A DNA stretch of 64,000 bases from an uncultured bacterium. Lineage in GTDB: Bacteria; Acidobacteriota; Vicinamibacteria; Vicinamibacterales; UBA2999. The stretch lies in assembly GCA_963923455.1 (NCBI GenBank), contig CAWULT010000010.1, positions 3,537 to 67,536 of the forward strand, in the 5' to 3' direction. Within the stretch, counting starts at the first letter, position 1, and every line of letters starts with the position of its first letter. The translations under genes and the position numbers were made by a program. Below are positions 41,698 through 51,351 of this stretch, in pieces. The notes beneath the pieces are model-generated. The model worked only from the letters and a program-made list of their open reading frames with translations, made no database searches and had not been told where the DNA came from.

Positions 41698-43650
41698 TCA
41701 GCGCGCCGCGCCCGCACCCGGCGTCTGACCGGCCGCGAACCGCTCCATCGCGGCCAGATTCTCGCGCGCCGTCATGTCCGACGGCGCCAGTTCGACCACG
41801 CGGCGAAACGGGCCGACCGCGTCGGCGTAGCGCCCCTGGGCCGCCAGCGCGCGGCCCAGCAGGTTCAACAGCCTGATGTCGTCGGGCTTGGCGCCCGCTG
41901 CACGGTCGAACGCCTCGACGGCCTCGTCCATCCGCTTCGCCGCCGCGAGCGCCAGGCCGGCGCGCTGCAGGATCTCGGGGTCGTCCGGCCGGCGCTGCAG
42001 TGCCTCGCCGAAGCGGGTGACGGCCTCGTCGAGCCGACCCTGCCGCAGCAGCACGTCGGCCAGCGCCGCGCGCGCGCCAGCGTCGTCGGGCTGTTGCTGC
42101 ACCAGCCGTTCGTACTCCGTGACGGCCTCGGCGAGCTTGCCCTGCAGCATCAGCGCCTTCCCGAGCAGATCGCGCGCCACCGGCACGGCGGAACTCTCAG
42201 GCACGAGCCGGATGAACTCGCGCGCGTAGATGGCCGCGTCGTCGAGGCGGCCCGACACCATCATCTCGGTGGCCAGCCCGTAATAGGCCGGCGGATAGTC
42301 CGTCACCGCCTGCTGCAACTGCGCCAGGGCGTCCGTGTGGCTGCCCGCGGCGACGAGCTCGTCGGCCAGGCGAAAGCGGGCGCGCCCGTTCGGCCAGCGC
42401 TCGACGCTGGTGCGCGCGATCGTCAGCCGCGACTGGTACTCCCGGTTGCGGAGCACCGTGCCGGCCGCGAGCCCGACGCACACCGCGGCCAGAGCCACCG
42501 TGGCCGCCAGCGGCCAGGATCGGCGTGGCGCGCCGTCGCCACCGGACTCGCCCTGAGTGCCACGCCGGGTCGTCACCCAGACGAGGCCCACGACGAAGAG
42601 GACCGCCAGGGCCGCCAGCGGCAGGTACATCCGGCGTTCCGCGCCGACCTCGGTTGCGATCGGCACGACACTCGACGTGGGAGCGAGCGTGACGAGAACC
42701 CAGGCGCCCAGGAACCCGAGCCGCGGCGCGCGCCAGAGCGCCACGAGCGTCAGCACCACGAAGGCGGCGACGACGAGCGCGGGCCCGAGCACGGCGCCCG
42801 GCGTCAGCGGGCGCGGCAGGCCGTAGTCGAGGACGAGGTCCACGGGCCAGACGGCGAGGCGCAGGTAGCGCGCCACGATCACCACCTGATTGAGGAGGTA
42901 CGTCCAGGCGGCCGCGACACCTCCGACGCCGACGGTCGACCGGCCGGCGGTGTAGATCAGCCAGCCCAGCACCACCCAGCTCGCCGCGAGACCCAGGTAC
43001 AGGACGCGCCGGCCGGCGACGGCCTGCCGCCACGAGGGATACAGGAACACGCGGTCGTAGAGCAGCACCAGTACCGGCGCGACGACCATCGTCTCCTTCG
43101 ACATCGCCCCGGCCGTACAGGCCAGCACGGCTCCCGCCACCCATCCCGGGCGACCCGGCGCGTCGAACGCGCGCAGCGCGCAGTAGAGCGTCAGCAACAG
43201 GGCCGTCGCCATGAGGAGTTCGGTCCGCTGCGTGACGTAGCTCACGGCGTCGGTCGCCAGCGGATGCACCACCCAGACGAGCGCCGAGCCGAGCGCGACG
43301 GCGGGCGCGTGGGCACGCAGCCGGGGCGACGCGTCGCGCCGCTCGAGCGTACGCCGGACCAGCGCGTAGAGCAGGCACGCCGCCAGCAGGTGCACCCCCA
43401 CGTTGACCACGTGATAGCCCGTGACGTCGAGCCCCCCGGCCGCGTAGTTGGCGGCCAACGACAACTGGACGAGCGGCCGCCCGGCGACCGGCGTCTCGCG
43501 CGGCGGATCGAACGCGGCGGCGAGCGACAGTTCGCGAATCCGCGCATTGGTGACGACGGCGGACTGATCGTCGAACAGAAAGGGGCCGGCCAGCGCGTTG
43601 GCATAAACCAGCGCCCCCGCCAGCACGATAACGGCTAGGTGAGTACGCAC
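41698..43650 (-). CDS. Polytopic membrane protein (PMT_2/DUF1736-like glycosyltransferase-type N-domain) fused to C-terminal TPR repeats
   Basis: About 11 predicted TM helices, then TPR units (..GRLDEAVTRFGEALQRRPDDPEIL..). GTG start at 43650. The N-terminal 476 aa of the 1126-aa track ORF are antisense to the next gene. Confidence 0.7.
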   Translation of the reverse strand: MRTHLAVIVLAGALVYANALAGPFLFDDQSAVVTNARIRELSLAAAFDPPRETPVAGRPLVQLSLAANYAAGGLDVTGYHVVNVGVHLLAACLLYALVRRTLERRDASPRLRAHAPAVALGSALVWVVHPLATDAVSYVTQRTELLMATALLLTLYCALRAFDAPGRPGWVAGAVLACTAGAMSKETMVVAPVLVLLYDRVFLYPSWRQAVAGRRVLYLGLAASWVVLGWLIYTAGRSTVGVGGVAAAWTYLLNQVVIVARYLRLAVWPVDLVLDYGLPRPLTPGAVLGPALVVAAFVVLTLVALWRAPRLGFLGAWVLVTLAPTSSVVPIATEVGAERRMYLPLAALAVLFVVGLVWVTTRRGTQGESGGDGAPRRSWPLAATVALAAVCVGLAAGTVLRNREYQSRLTIARTSVERWPNGRARFRLADELVAAGSHTDALAQLQQAVTDYPPAYYGLATEMMVSGRLDDAAIYAREFIRLVPESSAVPVARDLLGKALMLQGKLAEAVTEYERLVQQQPDDAGARAALADVLLRQGRLDEAVTRFGEALQRRPDDPEILQRAGLALAAAKRMDEAVEAFDRAAGAKPDDIRLLNLLGRALAAQGRYADAVGPFRRVVELAPSDMTARENLAAMERFAAGQTPGAGAAR

Positions 43651-43761
43651 GCCGCGTATCCTACCCACGTTTGCCCACAAACGGCGAGCAGGGCCAGGCA
43701 GGACGGCCCGAGGCCGGGTGCTATCATCCGGACGTTGCCCCGCCCCCGGCTGCTCCCCCGT

Positions 43762-45246
43762 GTGCGCCCCCTCGTCGCGGCGTTGGGCGCGGCGATCGCG
43801 ATGGCGTCGGCCGGGTGCGCCAGCCAGGCCGCTCCGCAGGTCCTCGACCATCTGCACCCCTGCGCCAGCACCGAGGGCCCCGTCGACGCCTACTGCGGCG
43901 GCCTGGACGTCTGGGAGAACCGCGATACCCGCGCAGGCCGGCGGATCACGCTGAACCTCGTCGTCCTGCCATCGGTCAGCGCCGACGTCAGGCCGGACCC
44001 GGTGTTCTTCCTGGCCGGCGGCCCGGGACAGGGTGCCGCGCAGCTGGCCCAGCAGATCCAGGTGCTGTTCCGGCGGGTGCAGCGCAACCGGGACATCGTG
44101 CTGGTCGACCAGCGCGGCACGGGCCGGTCGAACCCGCTCGACTGCAAGTCGAGCGGCGAGACGCTGGCCGACCTCACCGAGTCGGACGACGCGCAGATCG
44201 CGAAGCTCAAGACGTGCCTGGCCGGGCTGAAGGGCGACGTCCGCCTCTACACCACGAACATCGCGATGGACGACCTCGACGACGTCCGCGCACACCTCGG
44301 CTACGACCGCGTCAACCTCTACGGCGGCTCCTACGGCACGCGCGCGGCGCTCGTCTACCTGCGGCGGCATGGTGCGCACGTGCGGTCGATCGTGCTCGAC
44401 GGCGTCGCGCCCATGGACATGCGGCTGCCGCTCTACGCGGCGCGCGACGCCCAACGCTCGCTCGACGCGCTGCTGCGCGACTGCGAGGGCGACGCCGCGT
44501 GCCGCGCGGCCTTCCCCGGGCTGTCCGCGCGCGTCCGCACGCTCGTCGCACGGCTCGACGCGGAGCCCGTGCGCCAGCGCGTCGTGCACCCGCGCACGGG
44601 CGCGTCCGAGGAGACCGTCGTCACGGGGCGGCTGGTGGCGAGCATCCTGTTCGGCGCCCTCTACTCGCCGCTGACCTCGTCGATCGTGCCGTCGCTCGTG
44701 TCGCAGGCCGAGCGCCACGACTTCCAGGGCCTGCTCGCCCTGGCCTTCGCGGGCGAGACCACCACCGACAACATGAGCCTCGGCATGCAGCTCTCCGTCA
44801 TCTGCAGCGAGGACGCCGGGCGCTACACACCCGCGGACCTGGCCCGGGAGACCAGCGGCTCTGTCTTCGGCGCGCACCTGATGGTCGGCCAGGTGAAGGC
44901 GTGCGAATTCTGGCCGCGCGGCGAGGTGAGCGCCGACTACTACGCGCCGGTCGTCTCGGACGTCCCGGCGCTGGTGCTCTCGGGCGACCTCGACCCGGTG
45001 ACGCCGCCGACCTGGGGCGCCGAAGTGGTCCGGCACCTGCGGAACGGCGTCCACTACACCGCCGCGGCCACCGGCCACGGCGTCGTGGCCACGGCGTGCG
45101 GCTCGCGGCTCGTCAGCGACTTCATCGAGCGCGGGCGCGCCGACGGCCTCGATGCCGGGTGCCTGTCCACCCTCCGGCGGCCCGGCTTCTTCCTGACGCC
45201 CGCCGGCCCCGAACCGACGCCGGTGCGCGGCGCGGAGGCCCCGTGA
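43762..45246 (+). CDS. Lipoprotein alpha/beta hydrolase (TAP-like / tripeptidyl aminopeptidase-type)
   Basis: Lipobox AMASAGC. ..FFLAGGPGQGA.. and nucleophile GGSYGT. Start is uncertain (GTG 43762 proposed; track start 43639). Confidence 0.75.
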   Translation: MRPLVAALGAAIAMASAGCASQAAPQVLDHLHPCASTEGPVDAYCGGLDVWENRDTRAGRRITLNLVVLPSVSADVRPDPVFFLAGGPGQGAAQLAQQIQVLFRRVQRNRDIVLVDQRGTGRSNPLDCKSSGETLADLTESDDAQIAKLKTCLAGLKGDVRLYTTNIAMDDLDDVRAHLGYDRVNLYGGSYGTRAALVYLRRHGAHVRSIVLDGVAPMDMRLPLYAARDAQRSLDALLRDCEGDAACRAAFPGLSARVRTLVARLDAEPVRQRVVHPRTGASEETVVTGRLVASILFGALYSPLTSSIVPSLVSQAERHDFQGLLALAFAGETTTDNMSLGMQLSVICSEDAGRYTPADLARETSGSVFGAHLMVGQVKACEFWPRGEVSADYYAPVVSDVPALVLSGDLDPVTPPTWGAEVVRHLRNGVHYTAAATGHGVVATACGSRLVSDFIERGRADGLDAGCLSTLRRPGFFLTPAGPEPTPVRGAEAP

Positions 45247-45977
45247 TCACGGCGACCGCCCTCCGCAAGCAGTTCGGCGACAAGACCGCCGTCGACGGCG
45301 TCAGCTTCGTGGCGCGCGACGGCGAGGTCACGGGCCTGCTCGGCCCGAACGGCGCCGGCAAGACCACGACGCTGCGGATGCTCTACGGCGTGCTGCGGCC
45401 CGACGCGGGCCGCATCCAGGTGGACGACGTCGACGCCCTCGACGCGCCGCTCCAGGCGCGCGCGCGGCTCGGCGTGCTGCCCGACATCAACGGACTCTAT
45501 CCCCGGCTCACCGCCTGGGAACACATCAAGTACTTCGGGCAGTTGCAGGGGCTCGACCAGGCGACCATCGCCCGGCGCGGGGAGCGCCTCGTGGAGCAGC
45601 TCGACATGAAGGCGCTGGCGCACCGCCGCACCGCCGGCTTCTCGCACGGCGAGCGCGCCAAGGTGGCACTGGCCCGCGCGCTGGTGCACGCGCCGCAGAA
45701 CGTGCTGCTCGACGAGCCGACCAACGGCCTCGACGTCATGAGCACCCGCGCGGTCCGGGAGATCGTCCGGCGCCTGCGCGGCGAGGGCCGCTGCGTGCTC
45801 TTCTCGAGCCACGTGATGCAGGAGGTGTCGGCCCTGTGCGACGCGATCGTCGTGATCGCCCACGGCCGCGTCGTGGCCCAGGGCACGGCCGACGACCTGC
45901 GCGCCCTGACCGGCCACGCGTCGCTCGAGGACGCCTTCGTGGCGCTCGCCGGCCCCGATTCTCGGGAGACGCCATGA
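45243..45977 (+). CDS. ABC transporter ATP-binding protein (ABC-2/NatA-like)
   Basis: Walker A GPNGAGKTT, signature FSHGERAK, Walker B LLDEPTNGLD. GTGA overlap with the upstream gene. Confidence 0.92.
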   Translation: MITATALRKQFGDKTAVDGVSFVARDGEVTGLLGPNGAGKTTTLRMLYGVLRPDAGRIQVDDVDALDAPLQARARLGVLPDINGLYPRLTAWEHIKYFGQLQGLDQATIARRGERLVEQLDMKALAHRRTAGFSHGERAKVALARALVHAPQNVLLDEPTNGLDVMSTRAVREIVRRLRGEGRCVLFSSHVMQEVSALCDAIVVIAHGRVVAQGTADDLRALTGHASLEDAFVALAGPDSRETP

Positions 45978-47155
45978 CGGTCCTGCTGCGCCAGGCCTTC
46001 GTCGTGCTGATCAAGGAGCTGCGCGACGCCATCCGCGACCGGCGCGCGATGTCGTCGGTGCTGCTGGGCGTGGTCATCGGGCCCGCAATCGCCGGCTTCC
46101 TGATGAACCGCGTGGCCGATCGGCAGCGCTCGGCCGACGAGGTTCGGATCCCGATCGTCGGCGCGGAACACGCGCCCGCGCTCGTCGAGTGGCTTCGCCA
46201 GCAGGCCGGCGTGGAGGTGGTGCCGGGTCCGGAAGACCCGGAACGCGCCGTCCGCGAGGAGACGGAATACGTCGTCGCGGTCATCCCGCCGGAATTCGCG
46301 GAGCGGTTCCGCGCCTCGCGTCCCGCGCCGATCCGGCTGGTCACCGACGGCTCGCGCAACGACACGCGCCCGCAGGTGGAGCGCGTGCGGCGGCTGTTCA
46401 TGCAGTACGGCAGCGAGATCGGTGCCCTCCGCCTGATCGGGAGGGGCGTCAGCCCCGCGGTGGCCTCCCCGCTCGAGCTCAGCGACGTCGAGGTGTCCAC
46501 CGCCCAGCAGCGCGCCGGCCGCATCCTCAGCATCATTCCCCTGATGGTGCTGATCTCGGCCTTCACCGGCGCCATGCAGATCGCGACCGACTCGACGGCC
46601 GGAGAGCGCGAGCGCGGCTCGCTCGAGGCCCTGCTGCTCAACCCGGTGCCGGCCACCGCGCTCGCCCTCGGCAAGTGCCTGGCCGCCGCGCTCGTCGCGA
46701 TGCTGATGGTCAGCCTGGCGGCGACCTTGTGCGGGGCCATCCTGCTGTTCGTGCCCCTCGAGGAGATGGGGCTCCGCTTCCGGTTCGGTGCGCCGCACCT
46801 GCTGGGCATGCTGGCGGCGATGTGGCCGCTGTGCCTGCTGACCGCCGCGCTGCAGGCGTGCATCGCCACGCTGGCCCGCTCGTTCAAGGAGGCCCAGAGC
46901 TACATGGGCATCCTGATGATCCTGCCGATGCTGCTGGGGCTGGCCGGCGCGCTCTACCCGATCGACAACCAGCCGTGGATGTACGGCGTGCCGATTCTGG
47001 GGCAGTACGTGCTGCTGACGAACGTCATCGGCGGCCACCCCCCGGGCGCACTGGCCTTCCTGGCGGCGGGCGCCGCGGCCGTGGCCGGCGCGGCCGTCTT
47101 CCTGCGGGTGATGGTGGCCCTCTTCACGAGCGAGCGCGTCATCTTCGGTCGCTAG
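45974..47155 (+). CDS. ABC-2 type transporter permease (NatB-like)
   Basis: ATGA overlap with the ATPase gene. N-terminal TM, large loop, and a C-terminal multi-TM region. Confidence 0.8.
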   Translation: MTVLLRQAFVVLIKELRDAIRDRRAMSSVLLGVVIGPAIAGFLMNRVADRQRSADEVRIPIVGAEHAPALVEWLRQQAGVEVVPGPEDPERAVREETEYVVAVIPPEFAERFRASRPAPIRLVTDGSRNDTRPQVERVRRLFMQYGSEIGALRLIGRGVSPAVASPLELSDVEVSTAQQRAGRILSIIPLMVLISAFTGAMQIATDSTAGERERGSLEALLLNPVPATALALGKCLAAALVAMLMVSLAATLCGAILLFVPLEEMGLRFRFGAPHLLGMLAAMWPLCLLTAALQACIATLARSFKEAQSYMGILMILPMLLGLAGALYPIDNQPWMYGVPILGQYVLLTNVIGGHPPGALAFLAAGAAAVAGAAVFLRVMVALFTSERVIFGR

Positions 47156-47260
47156 TCTCCCGCGGAGCCCTTCGGCACATGGCGGCCGGCTCGATCCACG
47201 GCTATCGGCTCGAAGGATCCGAATCGCGAGCAGACGGAGTATCTTCGATGGCGCACCGCC

Positions 47261-47425
47261 ATGGACACGCCACGGACGCCCCTCCCCCGCCCCGCCACCG
47301 GCACCGACATCGACACCGACGACACGACCTGCCCGCGCTGCGGCGAGTCGCAGGACCTGGCGAAGGTCAAAGGGTGCATCAAGTGCCTGAAGTGCGGGTT
47401 CAAGTTCGACTGCAACGGGTGGTGA
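47261..47425 (+). CDS. Small (54 aa) Cys-rich zinc-ribbon protein; absent from the ORF track
   Basis: Manual translation: MDTPRTPLPRPATGTDIDTDDTTCPRCGESQDLAKVKGCIKCLKCGFKFDCNGW*. G/C-rich third codon positions. No clear Shine-Dalgarno. Confidence 0.45.
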   Translation: MDTPRTPLPRPATGTDIDTDDTTCPRCGESQDLAKVKGCIKCLKCGFKFDCNGW

Positions 47426-47482
47426 CGCGCGGCGGGACCTGAGCCGGACGGCCAGGGTCCGCACGCGTCACGGCCGTCGCCC

Positions 47483-49129
47483 TCAGCGCCCGGCCGTCGC
47501 GGCAGCCGGCGGCGTCGCAGGCACGGACACGGGCGGGTCGAAGACGTCGAGCAGCGTCCGCGTCAGCGTGTGCATCGGGCCGAGCGACGCGCGCACGGGG
47601 TTCATGCCGGGCGTGAAGCCGCGCGCCACGAGCCGCTGGACGATCTCGGGCCGGTTCGTGACGATGTGCACCGGCACGTCCCACGAGGCGCCCTCGCCGC
47701 TGACCGCGGACGCCGGCTGATGATCGCCGATCAGCACCATCACCAGATCCCGGCCGCGCTGATGGCGCAGGTAGCCCCCGAACGAGGTCAGCGCATACGC
47801 CACGGCGTTGACGTACGACGGGCCGAGATCCAGCCACTCGGGCTGGTGCTCGAAGGCGCGCTCGACGTCGGCCTCGTCGTACGGCTCCTTCGACAGCAGC
47901 CGCGTCCAGTCCGGCTGGTACGGGGCCGTGGGGCCGAACGGCGCATGCGTGCTGGTCGTCGGGAAGAAGACGAACCGGCGCGGGCCGGCGTCCGGCCGGG
48001 GATCGAGCCGGTCGATCATCCCGATCGCGTACTGATCCGGAATGGCCCACCACCCGAACTGCGGCCCCTGGTACTGCAGGCTCAGCTCGCCGTTGATCCG
48101 CGCGAATCGGTAGAACGCGCCCTCGGGCCACTCGGAGCTGAGGCCGGGCATCACCGCCATCGCGTGGTAGCCGGCGCGGCCGAACGTCGCAACGATGGTG
48201 TCGCGGTCGCGCTGTGACATCAGCACGGCGTTGGTCTCCTCGTTGCGGACCTCCACGCCGGACATCAGGCTCACGTGCGCGAGCCACGACGACCCGCCAA
48301 AGGTCGGTGAGGTGACGAACGCCGACACCACCTGGCGCCCCGACGCGGCGACATCGGCCGCGAACCGCGTCCGTGCCGGCGCGAGCGGCTCGCGAAACTC
48401 TCCGCGGTCGTAGGTGACCGCGCCGTACGACTCCATGAACACCAGCAGCACGTCCGCGCCGCGCACGCCGGCCAGGCTCGACTCGAGCGAGGGGCGCGGC
48501 AGCGCGCCGACCCCGCCGAACGCCAGCACCTGGCGAACGAAGATCCCGCCCTGCCGCGCGTAGACGCGGCTGACGGGCTCGCTCACCGGGTGGCCGTTCT
48601 CGCCGAAGGCGCCGGCGAGCTGCGCGCCGTACAGGAGGATGACCGCCGAGGCGAGCACCAGCAGGACGCGCCGCTCGCCCGGAGACGCCGCGGCTGCGGC
48701 CACGTGCCTGAAGCCCCATCGCATCAGGCGATAGAGGATGAAGAGCACGAGCCCCACGGCGCCGACGATGCCCACCAGCAGCAGTGCCGGCTTGGCGTCG
48801 GTCATCATGTCGGCCACGGCGCCCAGGTGCTGCGCGTCCCAGTAGATGTTGATCGGGCGGCCGAACAGCGCCATCACGGTCACGTGCACGTAGCGGCCGA
48901 CGGCCATCAGCACCCAGAGCGCAGACAGGCCGCCCACCACGCGGCCCGGCACGCCGCCGGGCCGCCGCCCGAGGGCGCCCAGCAGCACCAGCGCCGCCGC
49001 CAGTTCCACCGACACCTCACCCTGCCACCGCACCATCGGCGTCGGCCAGAAGTCGTAGAACGTCAGCGCCGCGTTCAGCGCCACGACCGCCAGCCCCAGC
49101 ACCGCCCACCGTCCCCCGTGCCCCGCCAC
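47483..49129 (-). CDS. Membrane-anchored sulfatase-like / LTA-synthase-family (alkaline phosphatase superfamily) transferase
   Basis: Five N-terminal TM helices, then an extracytoplasmic domain (..VLLVFMESYGAV..TSPTFGGSSWLAH..LIGDHQP..). GTG 49129 lies 14 nt after the upstream stop. Confidence 0.7.
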   Translation of the reverse strand: MAGHGGRWAVLGLAVVALNAALTFYDFWPTPMVRWQGEVSVELAAALVLLGALGRRPGGVPGRVVGGLSALWVLMAVGRYVHVTVMALFGRPINIYWDAQHLGAVADMMTDAKPALLLVGIVGAVGLVLFILYRLMRWGFRHVAAAAASPGERRVLLVLASAVILLYGAQLAGAFGENGHPVSEPVSRVYARQGGIFVRQVLAFGGVGALPRPSLESSLAGVRGADVLLVFMESYGAVTYDRGEFREPLAPARTRFAADVAASGRQVVSAFVTSPTFGGSSWLAHVSLMSGVEVRNEETNAVLMSQRDRDTIVATFGRAGYHAMAVMPGLSSEWPEGAFYRFARINGELSLQYQGPQFGWWAIPDQYAIGMIDRLDPRPDAGPRRFVFFPTTSTHAPFGPTAPYQPDWTRLLSKEPYDEADVERAFEHQPEWLDLGPSYVNAVAYALTSFGGYLRHQRGRDLVMVLIGDHQPASAVSGEGASWDVPVHIVTNRPEIVQRLVARGFTPGMNPVRASLGPMHTLTRTLLDVFDPPVSVPATPPAAATAGR

Positions 49130-49142
49130 TAGCTCGTCACCA

Positions 49143-49892
49143 TTACCCTTCCGACAGGCCCGCGGCCTGGCGCGCACGCCACAGCCACGCCACGTCGACC
49201 CCGAACGACCATGCGAGCAGCGCCAGCGACGCGGCCGCCGCCACGGCACCGAGGCGCGGCCCGACCGTCGGCAGCAGCAGCACCACCAGCGTGACGACCT
49301 GCACCACGCACACCGCCTGGCGCCGCCACCGACGCGGCAACGGCGCCTCGAGCCACGGCCACAGCCAACCGGCCGCGACGAAGGCGTAGCGCATCAAGCC
49401 GGACGCCAGCACCCAGGGGCCCGCCTTGTCGAGCTGCCACACCAGCACCGACAGCACCATGATCAGCAGCGCGTCCGTCTCCATGTCGAAGCGCGCGCCG
49501 AAGGGGCTGGCCAACCCCGTCCGCCTGGCCAGCCGGCCGTCGAGGCCGTCGCACGCGGCGGCCATCATGCCGACCGCGAACGCCGCCGTCGCCGCCCGAT
49601 CGGTCACGGCTTCGCCGGCGAGCGCGGCGAGCAGCGCGACGAGCGCCGCCCGCACCGTCGTGACGACGTTGGCCGGCCCGAACCGCGGGTGCGGATGCGC
49701 GCCAAGACCCGCGAGCGCCACGACCATCACCGCACCGAACGTCGCGATGACCTTGACCGGGTACGCCGGCGACAGCGCCAGCGCCTGACGAACGGCCGCC
49801 GCCGTGACGCCGCCGGCGGCACCGCACGCCACGACCGCGGCGGCGCCACGAGCCATCAGCGACGCGCGAACGCCACCCGCCGACGCCACCAT
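49143..49892 (-). CDS. CDP-alcohol phosphatidyltransferase family protein
   Basis: Signature D-G-x2-A-R-x8-G-x3-D-x3-D is present (CDGLDGRLARRTGLASPFGARFDMETDAL). Start is uncertain (49892, or 49949 as in the track). Confidence 0.82.
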   Translation of the reverse strand: MVASAGGVRASLMARGAAAVVACGAAGGVTAAAVRQALALSPAYPVKVIATFGAVMVVALAGLGAHPHPRFGPANVVTTVRAALVALLAALAGEAVTDRAATAAFAVGMMAAACDGLDGRLARRTGLASPFGARFDMETDALLIMVLSVLVWQLDKAGPWVLASGLMRYAFVAAGWLWPWLEAPLPRRWRRQAVCVVQVVTLVVLLLPTVGPRLGAVAAAASLALLAWSFGVDVAWLWRARQAAGLSEG

Positions 49893-49933
49893 CACCGGCC
49901 GCTCACGATATGCTGTGACGAGCCCCCCGCACG

Positions 49934-50908
49934 ATGACCCCCGACGCACGAGCCTTCTGGACCATTGCCCCGGGACGCGGCGAGATCCGCGAGGAGACGC
50001 TGCCGCGCCCCACGCCGCGAGACGTGGTGGTCCGCACGCTCTACAGCGGGATCAGTCGCGGAACCGAGTCGCTCGTCTTCCATGGCCGGGTGCCCGTCTC
50101 AGAATACCAGCGCATGCGGGCGCCGTTTCAGCAGGGCGACTTCCCCGGCCCCGTGAAGTACGGCTATTCCAGCGTGGGCCGCGTCGAGGAAGGCCCGGCG
50201 GACCTGCTGGATCGCGACGTGTTCGTCCTGTTCCCGCACCAGACGCGCTATGTGGTGCCGGCCTCCGCGCTGCACCTGCTGCCCGAGCACATGCCGGCCC
50301 GGCGCGCCATTCTCGCGGCCAACATGGAGACCGCGATCAACGGCGTGTGGGACGCGGGCATCCTGCCCGGCGACCGCGTCCGCGTCGTGGGCGGCGGCAC
50401 CGTGGGCTGCCTCGTGGCGTGGCTGGCGGCCCGCATCCCCGGATGCGAGGTGGGGCTCGTCGACATCAACCCGCGGCGCGCAGAAGTGGCCAGGGACCTG
50501 GGCGTGGCGTTCGCCACGCCGGACTTCGCCGAGGGTGACGCCGACGTCGTCATCCACGCAAGCGGTTCGCCCGCGGGCCTGTCGCTGGCGATTCGCCTCG
50601 CCGGGTTCGAGACCACCATCCTCGAGCTGAGCTGGTACGGCGACCAGGCGGTGCCGGTGGAACTCGGCGGCCCATTCCACGCGCGGCGCCTGACGATCAA
50701 GTCGTCGCAGGTGGGCCACGTCGCCGCCGGCCAGCGCGCCCGCTGGAGCCACCAGCGCCGCATGCAACTGGCGCTGTCGCTGCTGCAGGACCCGGCCCTC
50801 GACGTGCTGATCACCGGCGAGAGTACGTTCGCGACGCTGCCGTCGCTGATGCCGCAGCTGACGGCCGACGGGCGCGACACGCTCTGCCACTGCATCCGCT
50901 ACTTCTGA
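49934..50908 (+). CDS. MDR-superfamily (BchC-like / zinc-type alcohol dehydrogenase fold) oxidoreductase
   Basis: ..[24 protein letters not shown].. and Rossmann [12 protein letters not shown]. The family call comes from pattern recognition only. Confidence 0.75.
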   Translation: MTPDARAFWTIAPGRGEIREETLPRPTPRDVVVRTLYSGISRGTESLVFHGRVPVSEYQRMRAPFQQGDFPGPVKYGYSSVGRVEEGPADLLDRDVFVLFPHQTRYVVPASALHLLPEHMPARRAILAANMETAINGVWDAGILPGDRVRVVGGGTVGCLVAWLAARIPGCEVGLVDINPRRAEVARDLGVAFATPDFAEGDADVVIHASGSPAGLSLAIRLAGFETTILELSWYGDQAVPVELGGPFHARRLTIKSSQVGHVAAGQRARWSHQRRMQLALSLLQDPALDVLITGESTFATLPSLMPQLTADGRDTLCHCIRYF

Positions 50909-50927
50909 CCCTCACAGGATTCCGCCC

Positions 50928-51335
50928 ATGTACAGCGTGACCGTCCGCGACCACTTCATGATCGCCCACAGCTTCCGCGGCGAGGTCTTCGGCCCGGCGC
51001 AGAAGCTGCACGGCGCCACCTACGTCGTGGACGCGGAGTTCAAGCGATCCGCGCTCGACGGCAACAACATCGTGGTCGACATCGGGCTCGCCACCACGGT
51101 CCTGCACCGCATCCTCGGCGAGCTGAACTTCCGCAACCTGGACGACGAGCCAGCCTTCCGCGGCCAGAACACCACCACGGAGTTCCTGGCGCGGACGATC
51201 TTCGACCGGCTGGCGAGGGCCATCGCGCGGGACGAACTGGGCGGGGACGCCGCGCACATCGAGTCGATCAAGGTCACGCTGGCGGAATCCCACGTGGCGA
51301 CGGCGGCCTTCGAGGGCCGGCTCCGCCAGTCGTAG
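50928..51335 (+). CDS. PTPS/QueD-fold protein with a degenerate active site
   Basis: [22 protein letters not shown] aligns by eye to the QueD/PTPS block FxAAHRL..CxxLHGHxF. The catalytic Cys and the last Zn-ligand His are both Ala here. Confidence 0.75.
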   Translation: MYSVTVRDHFMIAHSFRGEVFGPAQKLHGATYVVDAEFKRSALDGNNIVVDIGLATTVLHRILGELNFRNLDDEPAFRGQNTTTEFLARTIFDRLARAIARDELGGDAAHIESIKVTLAESHVATAAFEGRLRQS

Positions 51336-51351
51336 CCGCCCGGGGCTCCGC

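Noticed and set aside
43651-45078. N-terminal 476 aa of the 1126-aa minus-strand ORF
   Set aside because: This part is antisense to the alpha/beta hydrolase gene. The membrane/TPR protein starts sensibly at GTG 43650 with its first TM helix.
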